The notes under the pieces: generated by a model | Seen by the model: the letters and a program-made list of their open reading frames with translations, nothing else | What the model was told of the DNA's origin: nothing | The model's database searches: none | Shown here: one piece after another, positions 20,653 through 30,743 of the stretch | How positions within the stretch are numbered: position 1 is the first letter of the stretch | Layout of the letters: every line of letters starts with the position of its first letter | Program-made: the position numbers and the translations under genes | Source of the DNA: an uncultured Desulfosarcina sp. | Lineage (GTDB): Bacteria > Desulfobacterota > Desulfobacteria > Desulfobacterales > Desulfosarcinaceae | Assembly: GCA_963674945.2 (NCBI GenBank) | Contig: CAXXWQ010000004.1 | Span: forward strand, 2,240,001 to 2,304,000 | Direction of reading: 5' to 3' | DNA: 64,000 bases

Positions 20653-20799
20653 TTACAGCGTATTTGGCAAATGTTTTTTCACTTTTGCTTTAGATGCGAA
20701 TTTTCCCTGATCTGCTTGCGTAATGCCTTCTTTGATAGCTTCAATTTGCCAGGACTGCTCGTCCACGTAAGCTTTTATCGCCTCACTGATCAGAATGGA
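20653..20799 (-). pseudogene. Fragment of a ribbon-helix-helix (CopG/RelB-ParD-type) antitoxin
   Basis: Reads SILISEAIKAYVDEQSWQIEAIKEGITQADQGKFAS; no start codon, 3' frameshift likely. Confidence 0.65.
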
Positions 20800-20856
20800 A
20801 GAGATGGGTTTCTTTCGAAATACTGTTTGACCGTATTATGCCTGGAAAAGGATGAG

Positions 20857-21000
20857 GACGGCTTCGTAAAAAAGTTCGAGTCAAGGCTTGCGAGCCCCGA
20901 GAATACCGCTATCGCGGGTGCCGCAGGCAGCGTATGGTTGGATACGTCGCAGTGACGAGGGGTGAAGCGTAACGCAGATATCGGGCTTTTTACGAAGCCG
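20857..21000 (+). repeat. Family A element, copy 2 (internal insertion)
   Basis: GACGGCTTCGTAAAAAAG...CTTTTTACGAAGCCG; overlaps the queD stop. Confidence 0.9.
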
Positions 21001-21364
21001 GGTAATACGTGGCACAGGCGTCTTCCGACTCCCAGGTGGTCACACGGCTCACGGTGACGCCTGGTTCATCGAGCATCTCGGCAAGGTTCTTTGCGATGTA
21101 AACCGCGATATTTTCGGAAGAGGGGGGCACATCTTTGAATGCGGGAAGTTCGTTTAAAAATTGGTGATCCAGCCGCCCCATGATCTCGTTCACCTGCTTT
21201 TTTATAATGCCAAAATCGACGATGACCCCAGCCTCGTTCAGCCGATCTCCTTTGATGCACACTTCCACTTTCCAGTTGTGTCCATGCAGATTTTCACATT
21301 TTTTTGCAACCATGGTCAATTGGTGGGCGGCGGAAAAATGGGTGAGAATTTTCAATTCGAACAT
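20990..21364 (-). CDS. queD: 6-carboxytetrahydropterin synthase
   Basis: FSAAH, CENLHGHNW, LDH-x-FLN, SSENIA, WES. Confidence 0.93.
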   Translation of the reverse strand: MFELKILTHFSAAHQLTMVAKKCENLHGHNWKVEVCIKGDRLNEAGVIVDFGIIKKQVNEIMGRLDHQFLNELPAFKDVPPSSENIAVYIAKNLAEMLDEPGVTVSRVTTWESEDACATYYPAS

Positions 21365-21473
21365 GATCGATTAACTCTCCTGATGAAACCGGGCGGTAGG
21401 GACGCCCGTTGCTAAGGTATCGGAATCTTGGAAACGATTTTGCACCCCGGAAACGAATTGAGATGAGGCTGCA

Positions 21474-22589
21474 CTAGTTCGCCACTCTGCTGGGTCCGTT
21501 TTTTAAAATACTTTTCAATTTGCTCGTGAATTTGTTCTCTTCCAGGGACGCAAACTCCTTGAGCAGAGCAACCTGTTTTTTGTTGAGGTTGGTGGGAATC
21601 TTCACATTCACCTGAACAATCTGATCTCCGCGATGGCCGTTCCGCAAAGATGGAATGCCTTCGCCGCGCAAACGGAAAACATCATTGGGTTGGGTCCCCT
21701 TGGGGATTTCCAATTTGGTTTCCCCTTTCAGTGTGGGGATGGTGACGGTATCTCCGATGGCCGCTTGAACGAAAGAGATGGGGATCTGGCACAATACGTT
21801 CGTGTCGTCCCGCTGGAAGAAGTCGTGTCCCTCCACGTGGATAAAGACATACAGGTCACCGGTACCGCCGCCGTAAGAACCGGCCTCTCCTTCTCCGGTC
21901 AGTCGAAGCCGGGAACCGGTATTCACACCGGCGGGTATTCGGACGGAAACTTTTTTGTGTACCAGTACCCTTCCCTGACCCTGGCACGTATCGCACGGAT
22001 CGGAGATGATCTGGCCTTGCCCCCGGCACTGACCACAGGTCGTCCGGACGGTGAAAAAACCCTGGCTTCGACCCACCTGGCCGGTCCCGCCACATTGGGG
22101 GCAGGTCACAGGGCCGGACCCTGGAGCGGCGCCGCTTCCCGAACAAGCCGCACAGGTCTCCGCCTTTTTAACATCGATCTCTTTTTCCGTACCAAAGGCA
22201 GCTTCCATGAAGGTAAGTTGCATGTCGTAGCGTAGGTCGTTCCCCCGATGACCACGCCCCCTGGAGCGGCGACCACCACCGAACCCGAAAAAATCTTCGA
22301 ATATATCACCGAAACTGGAAAATATATCTTCGAAACCGCCGAAACCGGAGAATCCCGATCCCTCCAGCCCCTGGTGGCCAAACTGGTCGTAGATTTGCCG
22401 TTTTTGGCTGTCCCGGAGAACCTCATAGGCCTCGGCAGCCTCTTTGAACTTCTCTTCGGCTTCTTGGTTCCCCGGATTCTTGTCCGGATGAAATTTCAGT
22501 GCCAGCTTTCGATAGGCCTTTTTCAATTCGGTGTCGTCGGCATTCCGATCGACGCCAAGCACTTCGTAATAGTCACGTTTGGCTGTCAT
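21474..22589 (-). CDS. dnaJ: Chaperone DnaJ
   Basis: J domain HPD, G/F region, four CxxCxGxG repeats. Confidence 0.97.
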   Translation of the reverse strand: MTAKRDYYEVLGVDRNADDTELKKAYRKLALKFHPDKNPGNQEAEEKFKEAAEAYEVLRDSQKRQIYDQFGHQGLEGSGFSGFGGFEDIFSSFGDIFEDFFGFGGGRRSRGRGHRGNDLRYDMQLTFMEAAFGTEKEIDVKKAETCAACSGSGAAPGSGPVTCPQCGGTGQVGRSQGFFTVRTTCGQCRGQGQIISDPCDTCQGQGRVLVHKKVSVRIPAGVNTGSRLRLTGEGEAGSYGGGTGDLYVFIHVEGHDFFQRDDTNVLCQIPISFVQAAIGDTVTIPTLKGETKLEIPKGTQPNDVFRLRGEGIPSLRNGHRGDQIVQVNVKIPTNLNKKQVALLKEFASLEENKFTSKLKSILKNGPSRVAN

Positions 22590-22696
22590 GGGTCATCCTG
22601 AAAACGCGTTTCCTTCGTGTTGTCACAAATGATCAGTTGTGTTAAATCTTGCCCCTTAATGGATGCTTTATGGTAATGCAAGATGAAAGGTTGTCA

Positions 22697-23404
22697 ATGG
22701 AAACCCGAGAGCTTCCCTTCATTCGGGAGATGTTCAACAGCATCGCTCCGCGATACGATCTGCTGAATCGTCTGCTGAGCCTCCGTCAGGACGTTCACTG
22801 GCGGGAAAAAATGGTTTCACGGATGGTCGTTCCCCAACATGGCAGGATCCTGGATGTGGCTTGCGGTACCGGTGATGTCGTACTCGAAATCCGAAGGCAA
22901 AAAGGCCCCGAAACCATGGTGACCGGTGTCGATTTTTCGCCGGAGATGCTGGCTTTGGCCAAAGAAAAGGTATTGCCCAAAACCTCTCGGTCGATCTTCC
23001 TTCTGGTAGGAGATGCCTTGGCCATGCCGTTCAGCAAACCACTGTTCCATGCCGTGACCATCGCCTTCGGCATCCGGAATATTCAAGATCGGGCAAAGGC
23101 CCTGAAAAACTTTCACGAGATCCTTTTGCCCGGTGGAATGGTGTTGGTGCTGGAGTTGGCCACGCCAAAAAAAGGCCGCCTCTACGAAGCTTATATGACC
23201 TATTTTCAACGGGTGCTGCCCATCATCGGCCGCGTCTTTTCCAGGCACGCCTTTGCATACAACTATCTGCAAGAATCGGTAGCCCGGTTTCCGGGACCCG
23301 ATGAATTCATGGAAATCATGGTCCAGGCAGGATTTACCAATGTCACCTGCACCCGACTGACACTGGGTGTGGCGAACCTTTTTATCGGCGTCAAGCCACC
23401 ATGA
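22697..23404 (+). CDS. ubiE: Demethylmenaquinone methyltransferase UbiE/MenG
   Basis: MFNSIAPRYDLLN, LDVACGTGD, IAFGIRN, YLQES. Confidence 0.9.
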   Translation: METRELPFIREMFNSIAPRYDLLNRLLSLRQDVHWREKMVSRMVVPQHGRILDVACGTGDVVLEIRRQKGPETMVTGVDFSPEMLALAKEKVLPKTSRSIFLLVGDALAMPFSKPLFHAVTIAFGIRNIQDRAKALKNFHEILLPGGMVLVLELATPKKGRLYEAYMTYFQRVLPIIGRVFSRHAFAYNYLQESVARFPGPDEFMEIMVQAGFTNVTCTRLTLGVANLFIGVKPP

Positions 23405-23419
23405 TGCCTCTTTACTGGT

Positions 23420-24931
23420 TCAGGCCGTCCATCCAAAGGTTCGCCGAACCGCCTTTTCCCATCCCCGGATGCCGGTCTGGCGGCTCTGCGCATCCATTTG
23501 CGGCTTCCAAATCTTGTCCACTTTCCAATATTTTTTCAGATCTGTCATGGATTCCCAGAATCCAATGGCCAGCCCTGCAGCATAAGCGGCCCCCAGGGCG
23601 GTTGTTTCGGTGACAGATGGCCGAATCACCGGCACATCCAGCAGATCTGCTTGAATTTGCATGAAAAGTTCGTTGGCCACCATACCGCCGTCCACCTTCA
23701 GTCCTTTCAGATCCACGCCGGAATCCTTTCTCATGGCAATCATGATGTCCCGTGTCTGGTAGGCGCACGCTTCCAGCACAGCCCTGGCAATATGGCCTTT
23801 GGTAACATACCGGGTGAGGCCGGCAATCACACCCCTGGCATCGGAACGCCAGTATGGGGCAAAGAGGCCCGAGAATGCCGGAACGATATATGCCCCGCCA
23901 TTATCTTCCACTGTTTTCGCCAACGCTTCGATCTGGGGGGCCGAATCGATCAGCCCGAGGTTGTCCCGAAGCCACTGCACGAGGGCGCCGGCCACGGCGA
24001 TGGATCCTTCCAGGCAGTAGATCGGTTTTTCACCACTGACCTGGTATCCCACGGTGGTCAACAGACCATGATCGGATGAAACCGGCCGGTCACCGGTGTT
24101 CATCAGCATGAAACACCCGGTGCCATAAGTGTTTTTCGCCTCTCCCACAGCAAAGCAGGTCTGGCCCACGACTGCAGCCTGCTGGTCACCGAGGGCTCCA
24201 CATACCGGTATCGTCGCCCCAAAAGGGCCATCTTTTAAGGTGTGCCCCCAACCGTTTTTGTCGATGGACGGCACGATGCGCGGCAGCATCTTTCCGGGAA
24301 TATCCAGGATGGACAGTATCTCTTCGTCCCATGCCAGCGAATGAAGGTCCATGAGAAGTGTCCGGGAGGCATTGGTGACGTCGGTGACGTGGGCACCGCC
24401 GTCTGCCGCCCCCGTAAGGTTCCAGATGATCCATGATTCGATGGTGCCGAACAGGGCGTCTCCCCTTTCCGCGGCGGCCCTTGCCCCGGAAACATTCTCC
24501 AGTATCCACTTGATCTTGGGGCCGGAAAAGTAGGTGGCGACGGGCAGTCCGGTGGTTGAACGAAACCGATCCTGCCCCCCTTGTGCAGCAAGGTTTCGGC
24601 AAATCTCATCTGATCTGGTGCATTGCCAGACGATGGCGTTGCAAAGGGGTTTTCCCGATCGCTTGTCCCATACAACAGCGGTTTCCCGCTGGTTGGTGAT
24701 GCCGATGGCGGCGATCTGTTTGCCTGTGACGCCGATCTTTCCCATTGCACCCTTGATGACCCGGCAGGTGTTTTCCCAGATCTCCAGTGGATCGTGCTCC
24801 ACCCAACCCGGCCGGGGAAAGATCTGCCGGTGCTCCATCTGATCCATTCCTACGATTTGGCCTTGATGGTCAAAAATGATGAACCGGTTGCTGGTGGTGC
24901 CCAGGTCCAGGGCGCCGATGTTGGTGGCCAT
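23420..24931 (-). CDS. glpK: Glycerol kinase
   Basis: [44 protein letters not shown]. Confidence 0.97.
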   Translation of the reverse strand: MATNIGALDLGTTSNRFIIFDHQGQIVGMDQMEHRQIFPRPGWVEHDPLEIWENTCRVIKGAMGKIGVTGKQIAAIGITNQRETAVVWDKRSGKPLCNAIVWQCTRSDEICRNLAAQGGQDRFRSTTGLPVATYFSGPKIKWILENVSGARAAAERGDALFGTIESWIIWNLTGAADGGAHVTDVTNASRTLLMDLHSLAWDEEILSILDIPGKMLPRIVPSIDKNGWGHTLKDGPFGATIPVCGALGDQQAAVVGQTCFAVGEAKNTYGTGCFMLMNTGDRPVSSDHGLLTTVGYQVSGEKPIYCLEGSIAVAGALVQWLRDNLGLIDSAPQIEALAKTVEDNGGAYIVPAFSGLFAPYWRSDARGVIAGLTRYVTKGHIARAVLEACAYQTRDIMIAMRKDSGVDLKGLKVDGGMVANELFMQIQADLLDVPVIRPSVTETTALGAAYAAGLAIGFWESMTDLKKYWKVDKIWKPQMDAQSRQTGIRGWEKAVRRTFGWTA

Positions 24932-24951
24932 GGGTCACTCCTTTCATCTTC

Positions 24952-25076
24952 GACGGCTTCGTAAAAAGCCCGATATCTGCGTTACGCTTCATCCCTCGTC
25001 ACTGCGACGTACTTTTTTGTACGCCTCATTCCTCGGGACTCGCAAGCCTTGATCTCGAACTTTTTACGAAGCCGTC
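24952..25076 (-). repeat. Family A element, copy 3
   Basis: Perfect 17-bp TIR GACGGCTTCGTAAAAAG / CTTTTTACGAAGCCGTC; 125 bp. Confidence 0.93.
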
Positions 25077-25177
25077 ATTATTTATGGCGATTGATGGGTA
25101 TCGGGAACAAAAGGATATTGCTTTGTTGCCCTATCACGTTCGACCGGGCGGGACAACTGGATGGATCAGGTCTATTG

Positions 25178-26470
25178 TTACTGGCGGTTGCCGGCAATAG
25201 CACTGACCGCCCCCAATGCCGTGGCCACGGCCAGTCCGGTACCGCTTTTGGTACGCACCCAATCTTGGTGGGCCAGAATAGAGCCGGCGGCATAAAGGTT
25301 GGCAAACACGACGCTGCCCGTTGGATCTACCGGTCGGAATTGGTCATCCACGGCCAACCCGGCCTGGTTGATGGCATGACCGCGTGGCGTCAGAAACGCC
25401 TCCCGGTGCCAACCGCTTCGATTATCGGGCTGGACGATTGACAGATCCAGCAGTGGCTCCCGGATTTTTTTGCGTTCGGCCACCAATCCCTTGCCCAGAA
25501 ACCGCCCCGTGGCCAGAAGCAGGTGGTTTGCCACTACCGTGGTTTCCGGCGCGGACCTGCCCACGGAAAGCGAAAAGCGGTCGTCGGGAAGTCGTTTCAC
25601 ACCCATCACGCGGTGGTGAAGATAGGTGTTGATCCCCAAACGGGACAAATGCATTTCGAAGACCTCTTTGAGCCGAACGCCGGAGATGGCCGGCGGCATG
25701 GTGGGAATTTCAAAGACCCGCCTTCCCAGCATTTGCTCCAAATCTTGCAAGACGCCCTGGGTGTCGTGAATCCCCAAAATCGCGGGCAACCCGACAAAAG
25801 TCTCCTTTTTCAAATGCAAACGTATGGCATCGGCCAGTTCGCGGCGGTTCGCGGGCACTTCCAGTCCCCTGGCGATGTGTTCGGCATATTTGGGGCCCAA
25901 TCGGTTTTCCCAGGGAAGATCGATGGAGGCCGCCGTGAGAGCAGGCCAGTTCTTTTTCAAGGTCCCGACGATTTGTTTCGCGCTAAAACCCCGCAACCCG
26001 ATGATATCGATGATCAAACAGGGAGCATTGTCCTTCAGGGCCAAAACGCCGCTCCACATGGTCGCGGGAACGCGAAACGTTCGTTTGACTGTCCCCACCG
26101 GCGTGACCAGACGGACATTTTTGTCCGCCCGTCCCCGGTAAGGCTGACCGACCGATTCCAGAAAATCGGTCAACTGGTCCATGGCCGACCGAATCCGGTC
26201 CAGGGAGAGACGCGAATAAGGGTGTGCCGGGCAATCTTTTTTAAGTTGGTCGAGCCCCTGCCAGGGATCGTCGATGGGTGTTCGCGAAGTATCGTGGCTT
26301 ACGCCATAAAGATCAAACAGACCGCTGGCATACAGGGTCTCGCCGGTCAGCCCTGCCTGAACCGTGGAGATGCCCTGGCGGGCGGCAAACAGCGCCGCCG
26401 CCGCGCCAGCCATGCCGGCACCGATGATCATTAGATCGCAGTTGATTTGGCTGTTTGGTTCTTTTTTCAT
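25178..26470 (-). CDS. glpB: Anaerobic glycerol-3-phosphate dehydrogenase subunit B
   Basis: IIGAGMAG, EIPTMPP-x2-SG-x-RL, LATGRFLGKGL, AAGSIL. Confidence 0.9.
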   Translation of the reverse strand: MKKEPNSQINCDLMIIGAGMAGAAAALFAARQGISTVQAGLTGETLYASGLFDLYGVSHDTSRTPIDDPWQGLDQLKKDCPAHPYSRLSLDRIRSAMDQLTDFLESVGQPYRGRADKNVRLVTPVGTVKRTFRVPATMWSGVLALKDNAPCLIIDIIGLRGFSAKQIVGTLKKNWPALTAASIDLPWENRLGPKYAEHIARGLEVPANRRELADAIRLHLKKETFVGLPAILGIHDTQGVLQDLEQMLGRRVFEIPTMPPAISGVRLKEVFEMHLSRLGINTYLHHRVMGVKRLPDDRFSLSVGRSAPETTVVANHLLLATGRFLGKGLVAERKKIREPLLDLSIVQPDNRSGWHREAFLTPRGHAINQAGLAVDDQFRPVDPTGSVVFANLYAAGSILAHQDWVRTKSGTGLAVATALGAVSAIAGNRQ

Positions 26471-26674
26471 GGTGAAAAGAGTGTTGCGTGTAAAGTTGAT
26501 GTATTCTATCGATTTTATAATTAAGCTGAATGTATCTTGTACGACTTGTCGATTAAAGTGCGGGCAGCAGTCAGTATTTGCTATAAACGCTCCTCTTCCT
26601 TTGCTTAACACTTAAAACTTTATACTTAAAACTTGATCTATCATGAACGGAAAGTTGATATCTGCTTTTCAATT

Positions 26675-28246
26675 TCAGACTTGTTCATCAACATCCAAAC
26701 AAAGAAGTCCGCAATGCAATGCCTCTAATAATTCGGCCTGGGCAACGGCCTGTCCCCACAGCAGCGGCCGGATGCCGCGCCATCGTTCACCCAAAAAACG
26801 TTTGAGTTCCGCGATGCCCTGATCAGCTTCCAACAATCCCCGATCATACATGTGTGCGGCCATACGAAGGCTGCAAAACGTTCCCTGGCATGGCCCTTTG
26901 CCCACACGGCTGCGTTGCCCCATCTCCAGCATGCCGGCATGATGACCCTCGGCGCGCAAAGTGGTGGCGATCTCGTCGAAAACACTGGTTGGCACCATTT
27001 CACATTCGCACAAAAGCAGGTCGGTGGGATCCTTTTTTTTGAACCACATTTTGGGCGTGTACCCCGGTACCGTGTATCGGGATAATTCGGATGCGGGCAG
27101 GGGCGCTGTGGCTGTTCGGCAGGGGGTTGTGTTTCCCAATCGGCGGCAGACCAGATCGGCTGTCTTTTCGGCCATCAATCGGTAGGTGGTGAGTTTTCCG
27201 CCGGTGATGGTGATGAAATTGTCCAGCCGGTCGCTCTCATGGCCGAGCAATGCAAATCCCCGGCTCACGGACCGGTCATCGGTTCCATTACCGGTTTTCA
27301 CCAACGGCCGGACCCCCGCATAGGCACGGATAAAGCGGGTTTCGGCCAATTTGGGCACCATGGCCACACCATCGTCGATCATGCTGTCGATTTCAGTGAT
27401 GGTGGGCCGACAATCTTCCGGATCCATGATCCGCCGGGATGTTGTGCCGAAAATCGATACCGTTCCGGCGGGAACGAGAATATCGGCATCGGCGGCTTTT
27501 CGCAATCGGTTGATTACGCGCTCTGCCAATCGCATCTGGCTGATGACCAGGGTTCCCTGGGAGTAGATCATATGGATTCGGGCGCCGGCCATGGCCGCAA
27601 CTGTTTCTGCCCAGGCACCGCTGGCATTGATAATCTGATCCGCGACGATTCGAACCTTTCGCCCCGACAGCCCATCGTCCAAAAGGGCTGCTTCGATTCT
27701 TGGACCGCGCCGTTCAAAACCGGATACACGGTGGTGAAGCAGATGGCGGGCGCCCAGGGACCTGGCATGGGCAAGGTTGTCCAAAGAGAGTTGAAACGGG
27801 TCCACGACGGCATCGGAAACGGCGTAAACGGCAATGGTGTCGTTGGAAAGGCAGGGTTCCACTTCCAACGCCGTTTTGATGTCCATCGGCATGGCTGTGA
27901 TACCGCATCGCCGGCAGTTTTCGGCAAAATCGGCAATATAGGTTTCCTCATCGCCTCTGACGGCAACGAAGAGACCGCCGGTCCCTTCCACGCATTGTGG
28001 CGCCATTCGTTTGATGATCCCCGCTTCGATGCGACATTCGCTGGCCGCGGTAGGATCGGATACCACGTACCGGGCACCGCTGTGCAGAAGACCATGGTTC
28101 GCCCCGCTGGCGCCGGTGTTGATATCTTTCCGGTCGACCAGAAGGCAGTCAACACCCCGCAGGGCAAGGTCCCGTGCCAGGCCCGTTCCCGTGACCCCTC
28201 CCCCGATGATAAGAACTTGGGTGGTGATTGTGTCGTTCATAGACAT
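26675..28246 (-). CDS. glpA: Anaerobic glycerol-3-phosphate dehydrogenase subunit A
   Basis: IIGGGVTG, NHGLLHSGARY, GGKLTTYR, CECE...GPCQG-x2-C. Confidence 0.93.
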   Translation of the reverse strand: MSMNDTITTQVLIIGGGVTGTGLARDLALRGVDCLLVDRKDINTGASGANHGLLHSGARYVVSDPTAASECRIEAGIIKRMAPQCVEGTGGLFVAVRGDEETYIADFAENCRRCGITAMPMDIKTALEVEPCLSNDTIAVYAVSDAVVDPFQLSLDNLAHARSLGARHLLHHRVSGFERRGPRIEAALLDDGLSGRKVRIVADQIINASGAWAETVAAMAGARIHMIYSQGTLVISQMRLAERVINRLRKAADADILVPAGTVSIFGTTSRRIMDPEDCRPTITEIDSMIDDGVAMVPKLAETRFIRAYAGVRPLVKTGNGTDDRSVSRGFALLGHESDRLDNFITITGGKLTTYRLMAEKTADLVCRRLGNTTPCRTATAPLPASELSRYTVPGYTPKMWFKKKDPTDLLLCECEMVPTSVFDEIATTLRAEGHHAGMLEMGQRSRVGKGPCQGTFCSLRMAAHMYDRGLLEADQGIAELKRFLGERWRGIRPLLWGQAVAQAELLEALHCGLLCLDVDEQV

Positions 28247-28390
28247 TTGCGAAACGACAACGATCGAACAGGCGATTTTTCACTTGAGAAAAAAAACTGC
28301 CGATGTTACGCCTCATGGACATATTCTTAGATTGATTCGGTCTTTTCTATACGGGAAAGTACCATATGCAAGGAAAGTTGTCACCATTGA

Positions 28391-28438
28391 ATTTTCGTTT
28401 CAGATAATTTTTTACGAAGTTTTTTCTATTACGAAAAT
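28391..28438. promoter_or_regulatory. Candidate GlpR operators in the glpA-glpR divergent region
   Basis: TTTTCGTTTCAGATAA (28392-28407) and TTTTCTATTACGAAAA (28422-28437) resemble TTTTCG-N4-CGAAAA. Confidence 0.5.
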
Positions 28439-28502
28439 GAAAACCAAGATGTTTCGTGGTGCCTTCTAAGGGACTCGTTCATTAACATAAAAAGACTTTT
28501 TA

Positions 28503-29327
28503 ATGACTTCTAACCGCGGATGGGCAATGCGCAACAGACCGGCAAGCAAGGCGACACCGGTTCGCCAAAGACACGAAAAAATAAGAAAGCTGGTTCAAAC
28601 GCAAGGATTTGTCACGATTGAAATCCTTGCCCAGACCTTTTCGGTGACCCCACAGACCATTCGCCGCGATATCAATACGCTCAGTGAAAAGGGGCTGGTG
28701 TATCGGTATCATGGCGGTGCGGCAAGTATGACGTCAACGGAAAATGTAGCCTACAACGAACGAAAAGTAATCTGCTACCGCGAAAAACAAAAGATTGCAC
28801 AGTTGATTGCCGGAAGCATCCCCGACAACGCATCGCTGTTTATCAACATCGGAACGACCACCGAGGCCATCGCCCATGCGCTGGCCAATCACAAACGTCT
28901 TCGGGTCATCACCAACAATCTCAATGTGGCATCCATCATGAGTGCCAACGAGAGCATCGAGGTGATCGTGGCCGGCGGACTGGTCCGCCATCGTGACAAG
29001 GGCATTATTGGCGAAGCCACCATCGATTTCATCAGTCAATTCAAAGTGGACTTTGGTATCATTGGCATCAGCGGCATCGATCTCGATGGCACCCTGCTCG
29101 ATTTCGATTACCGCGAGGTTCGGGCGGCAAGAGCGATTATGGATAATTCACGCAAGGTATTTCTGGCCGCCGACCATACGAAATTCGGTCGCAACGCAAT
29201 GGTCCGATTGGGCAGTATTGCGGAAATCGACGGCCTTTTTACCGATCGGCAGCCACCCGCCGGTCTGGCGGAAGTGATCGCCGCTGCAGAGGTGGCCCTG
29301 CATGTCGCCCAATCGCACAAGGAGTAA
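28503..29327 (+). CDS. glpR: DeoR-family glycerol-3-phosphate repressor
   Basis: VTPQTIRRD HTH, RYHGGA, FINIGTTTE, ADHTKFGR; start may be 28527. Confidence 0.92.
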   Translation: MTSNRGWAMRNRPASKATPVRQRHEKIRKLVQTQGFVTIEILAQTFSVTPQTIRRDINTLSEKGLVYRYHGGAASMTSTENVAYNERKVICYREKQKIAQLIAGSIPDNASLFINIGTTTEAIAHALANHKRLRVITNNLNVASIMSANESIEVIVAGGLVRHRDKGIIGEATIDFISQFKVDFGIIGISGIDLDGTLLDFDYREVRAARAIMDNSRKVFLAADHTKFGRNAMVRLGSIAEIDGLFTDRQPPAGLAEVIAAAEVALHVAQSHKE

Positions 29328-29409
29328 GCCCCGCATCCGGTCGTTCGGAACATGACTGTTCATTACCGAAAATAAATCTCCTCTTTTTTATCTTGTTGAC
29401 GGCTAATTT

Positions 29410-29561
29410 TGATGATCCCGCAAAAAGTCGCAGCCTGGACGGATTCGTAAAAAGCCCGAGATCAAGGATTGCGAATCCTTAGGAATGAGGAGTACTTATC
29501 GTACTTCGCAGTGACGAAGGATGAAGCGTAACGCCGATATCGGACTTTTTACGAATCCGTA
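29410..29561 (+). repeat. Family A element, copy 4, with outer TGATGA module
   Basis: TGATGATCCCGCAAAAAGTCG then GACGGATTCGTAAAAAG...CTTTTTACGAATCCGT. Confidence 0.88.
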
Positions 29562-29563
29562 AA

Positions 29564-29579
29564 TTTTCGCTTGCGAAAA
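29564..29579. promoter_or_regulatory. Candidate GlpR operator upstream of the ABC transporter
   Basis: Palindrome TTTTCGC-TT-GCGAAAA about 60 bp before the start. Confidence 0.6.
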
Positions 29580-29636
29580 ACATTATAGAGTGCTACTTTT
29601 ATTGAATCGCCTTCATTTTATCCTGGGGGTCCAGTC

Positions 29637-30743
29637 ATGGGGTTGACCCTGCAGAATGTCAGAAAGATTGTCGGCCAAGAGACGCATCTTTACGATATCA
29701 ACCTTGATTTTGCTTCCGGTTCCCGCAATGTGTTGCTGGGCCGTACACTGGCCGGAAAGACATCCCTTTTGCGTATCATGGCCGGTTTGGATCGACCGAC
29801 CCGTGGGAATATTCGGATCGACGGGCAGGATGTGACCGGTGTTTCCGTCAGGAAACGCAGTGTTGCCATGGTGTACCAGCAATTCATCAACTACCCCTCG
29901 CTGACCGTTTACGACAATATCGCCTCGCCGCTTAAAATCGGCGGCCTGCCGAAAAAGGAGATCGATCGGCGCGTCCGCGAAACGGCGCGGATGCTTCATC
30001 TGGAGGATCTGCTGGACCGCCTCCCCGCACACCTTTCCGGTGGCCAGCAGCAGCGCACCGCCATTGCCCGTGCGCTGGTCAAAGAAGCCCAATTGCTTCT
30101 CTTGGACGAACCGCTGGTCAACCTCGACTACAAACTGCGCGAAGAGTTGCGGGTGGAATTGCAGGAAATCTTTCGAAAACGATCGGCCATCGTGGTCTAT
30201 ACGACCACGGAACCGTCTGAAGCCCTGATGCTGGGCGGCAACATCGTTCTTCTCGATGAAGGGCGTGTCTTGCAGTCCGGTGCCACGGCTTTGGTGTATC
30301 AACATCCCGAAACCCTCAAGGCGGCGGAGGTCATCAGCGACCCGCCCATCAACGCCCTGGAAAGCCGGGTCACCGGCGAAAAGGCGTTCATGGGGGAGGA
30401 TATCGGTATCCCTTTGACCGGCCATCTGGCAGGTCTTGCCGAAGGATCATACCGCTTCGCCTTTCGGTCCAACCACCTGTGGCTGGATCGCCATAAAAGC
30501 GGTGATATTCCCATCAGCGGAAGGGTCGACATGTCGGAAATCAACGGCAGCGAAACCTTTGTCTATGTCAATCACGGGGGCAGTTCCTTCGTGGTGCAGC
30601 AGGAGGGGGTTCACCCGTTTGCCATGGGAAGTCCGATCACCGTCTACATCGACCCCGACCGTCTCTTTGTCTACGACACCGATGGACGGATAGTTGCCGC
30701 ACCGACGCATAAGGAGTATGGAGAACCCCATGGCCCGCATTGA
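29637..30743 (+). CDS. Glycerol ABC transporter ATP-binding protein (GlpS-like)
   Basis: GRTLAGKT, MVYQQFINYP, LSGGQQQR, DEPLVNLDYKLR. Confidence 0.9.
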   Translation: MGLTLQNVRKIVGQETHLYDINLDFASGSRNVLLGRTLAGKTSLLRIMAGLDRPTRGNIRIDGQDVTGVSVRKRSVAMVYQQFINYPSLTVYDNIASPLKIGGLPKKEIDRRVRETARMLHLEDLLDRLPAHLSGGQQQRTAIARALVKEAQLLLLDEPLVNLDYKLREELRVELQEIFRKRSAIVVYTTTEPSEALMLGGNIVLLDEGRVLQSGATALVYQHPETLKAAEVISDPPINALESRVTGEKAFMGEDIGIPLTGHLAGLAEGSYRFAFRSNHLWLDRHKSGDIPISGRVDMSEINGSETFVYVNHGGSSFVVQQEGVHPFAMGSPITVYIDPDRLFVYDTDGRIVAAPTHKEYGEPHGPH

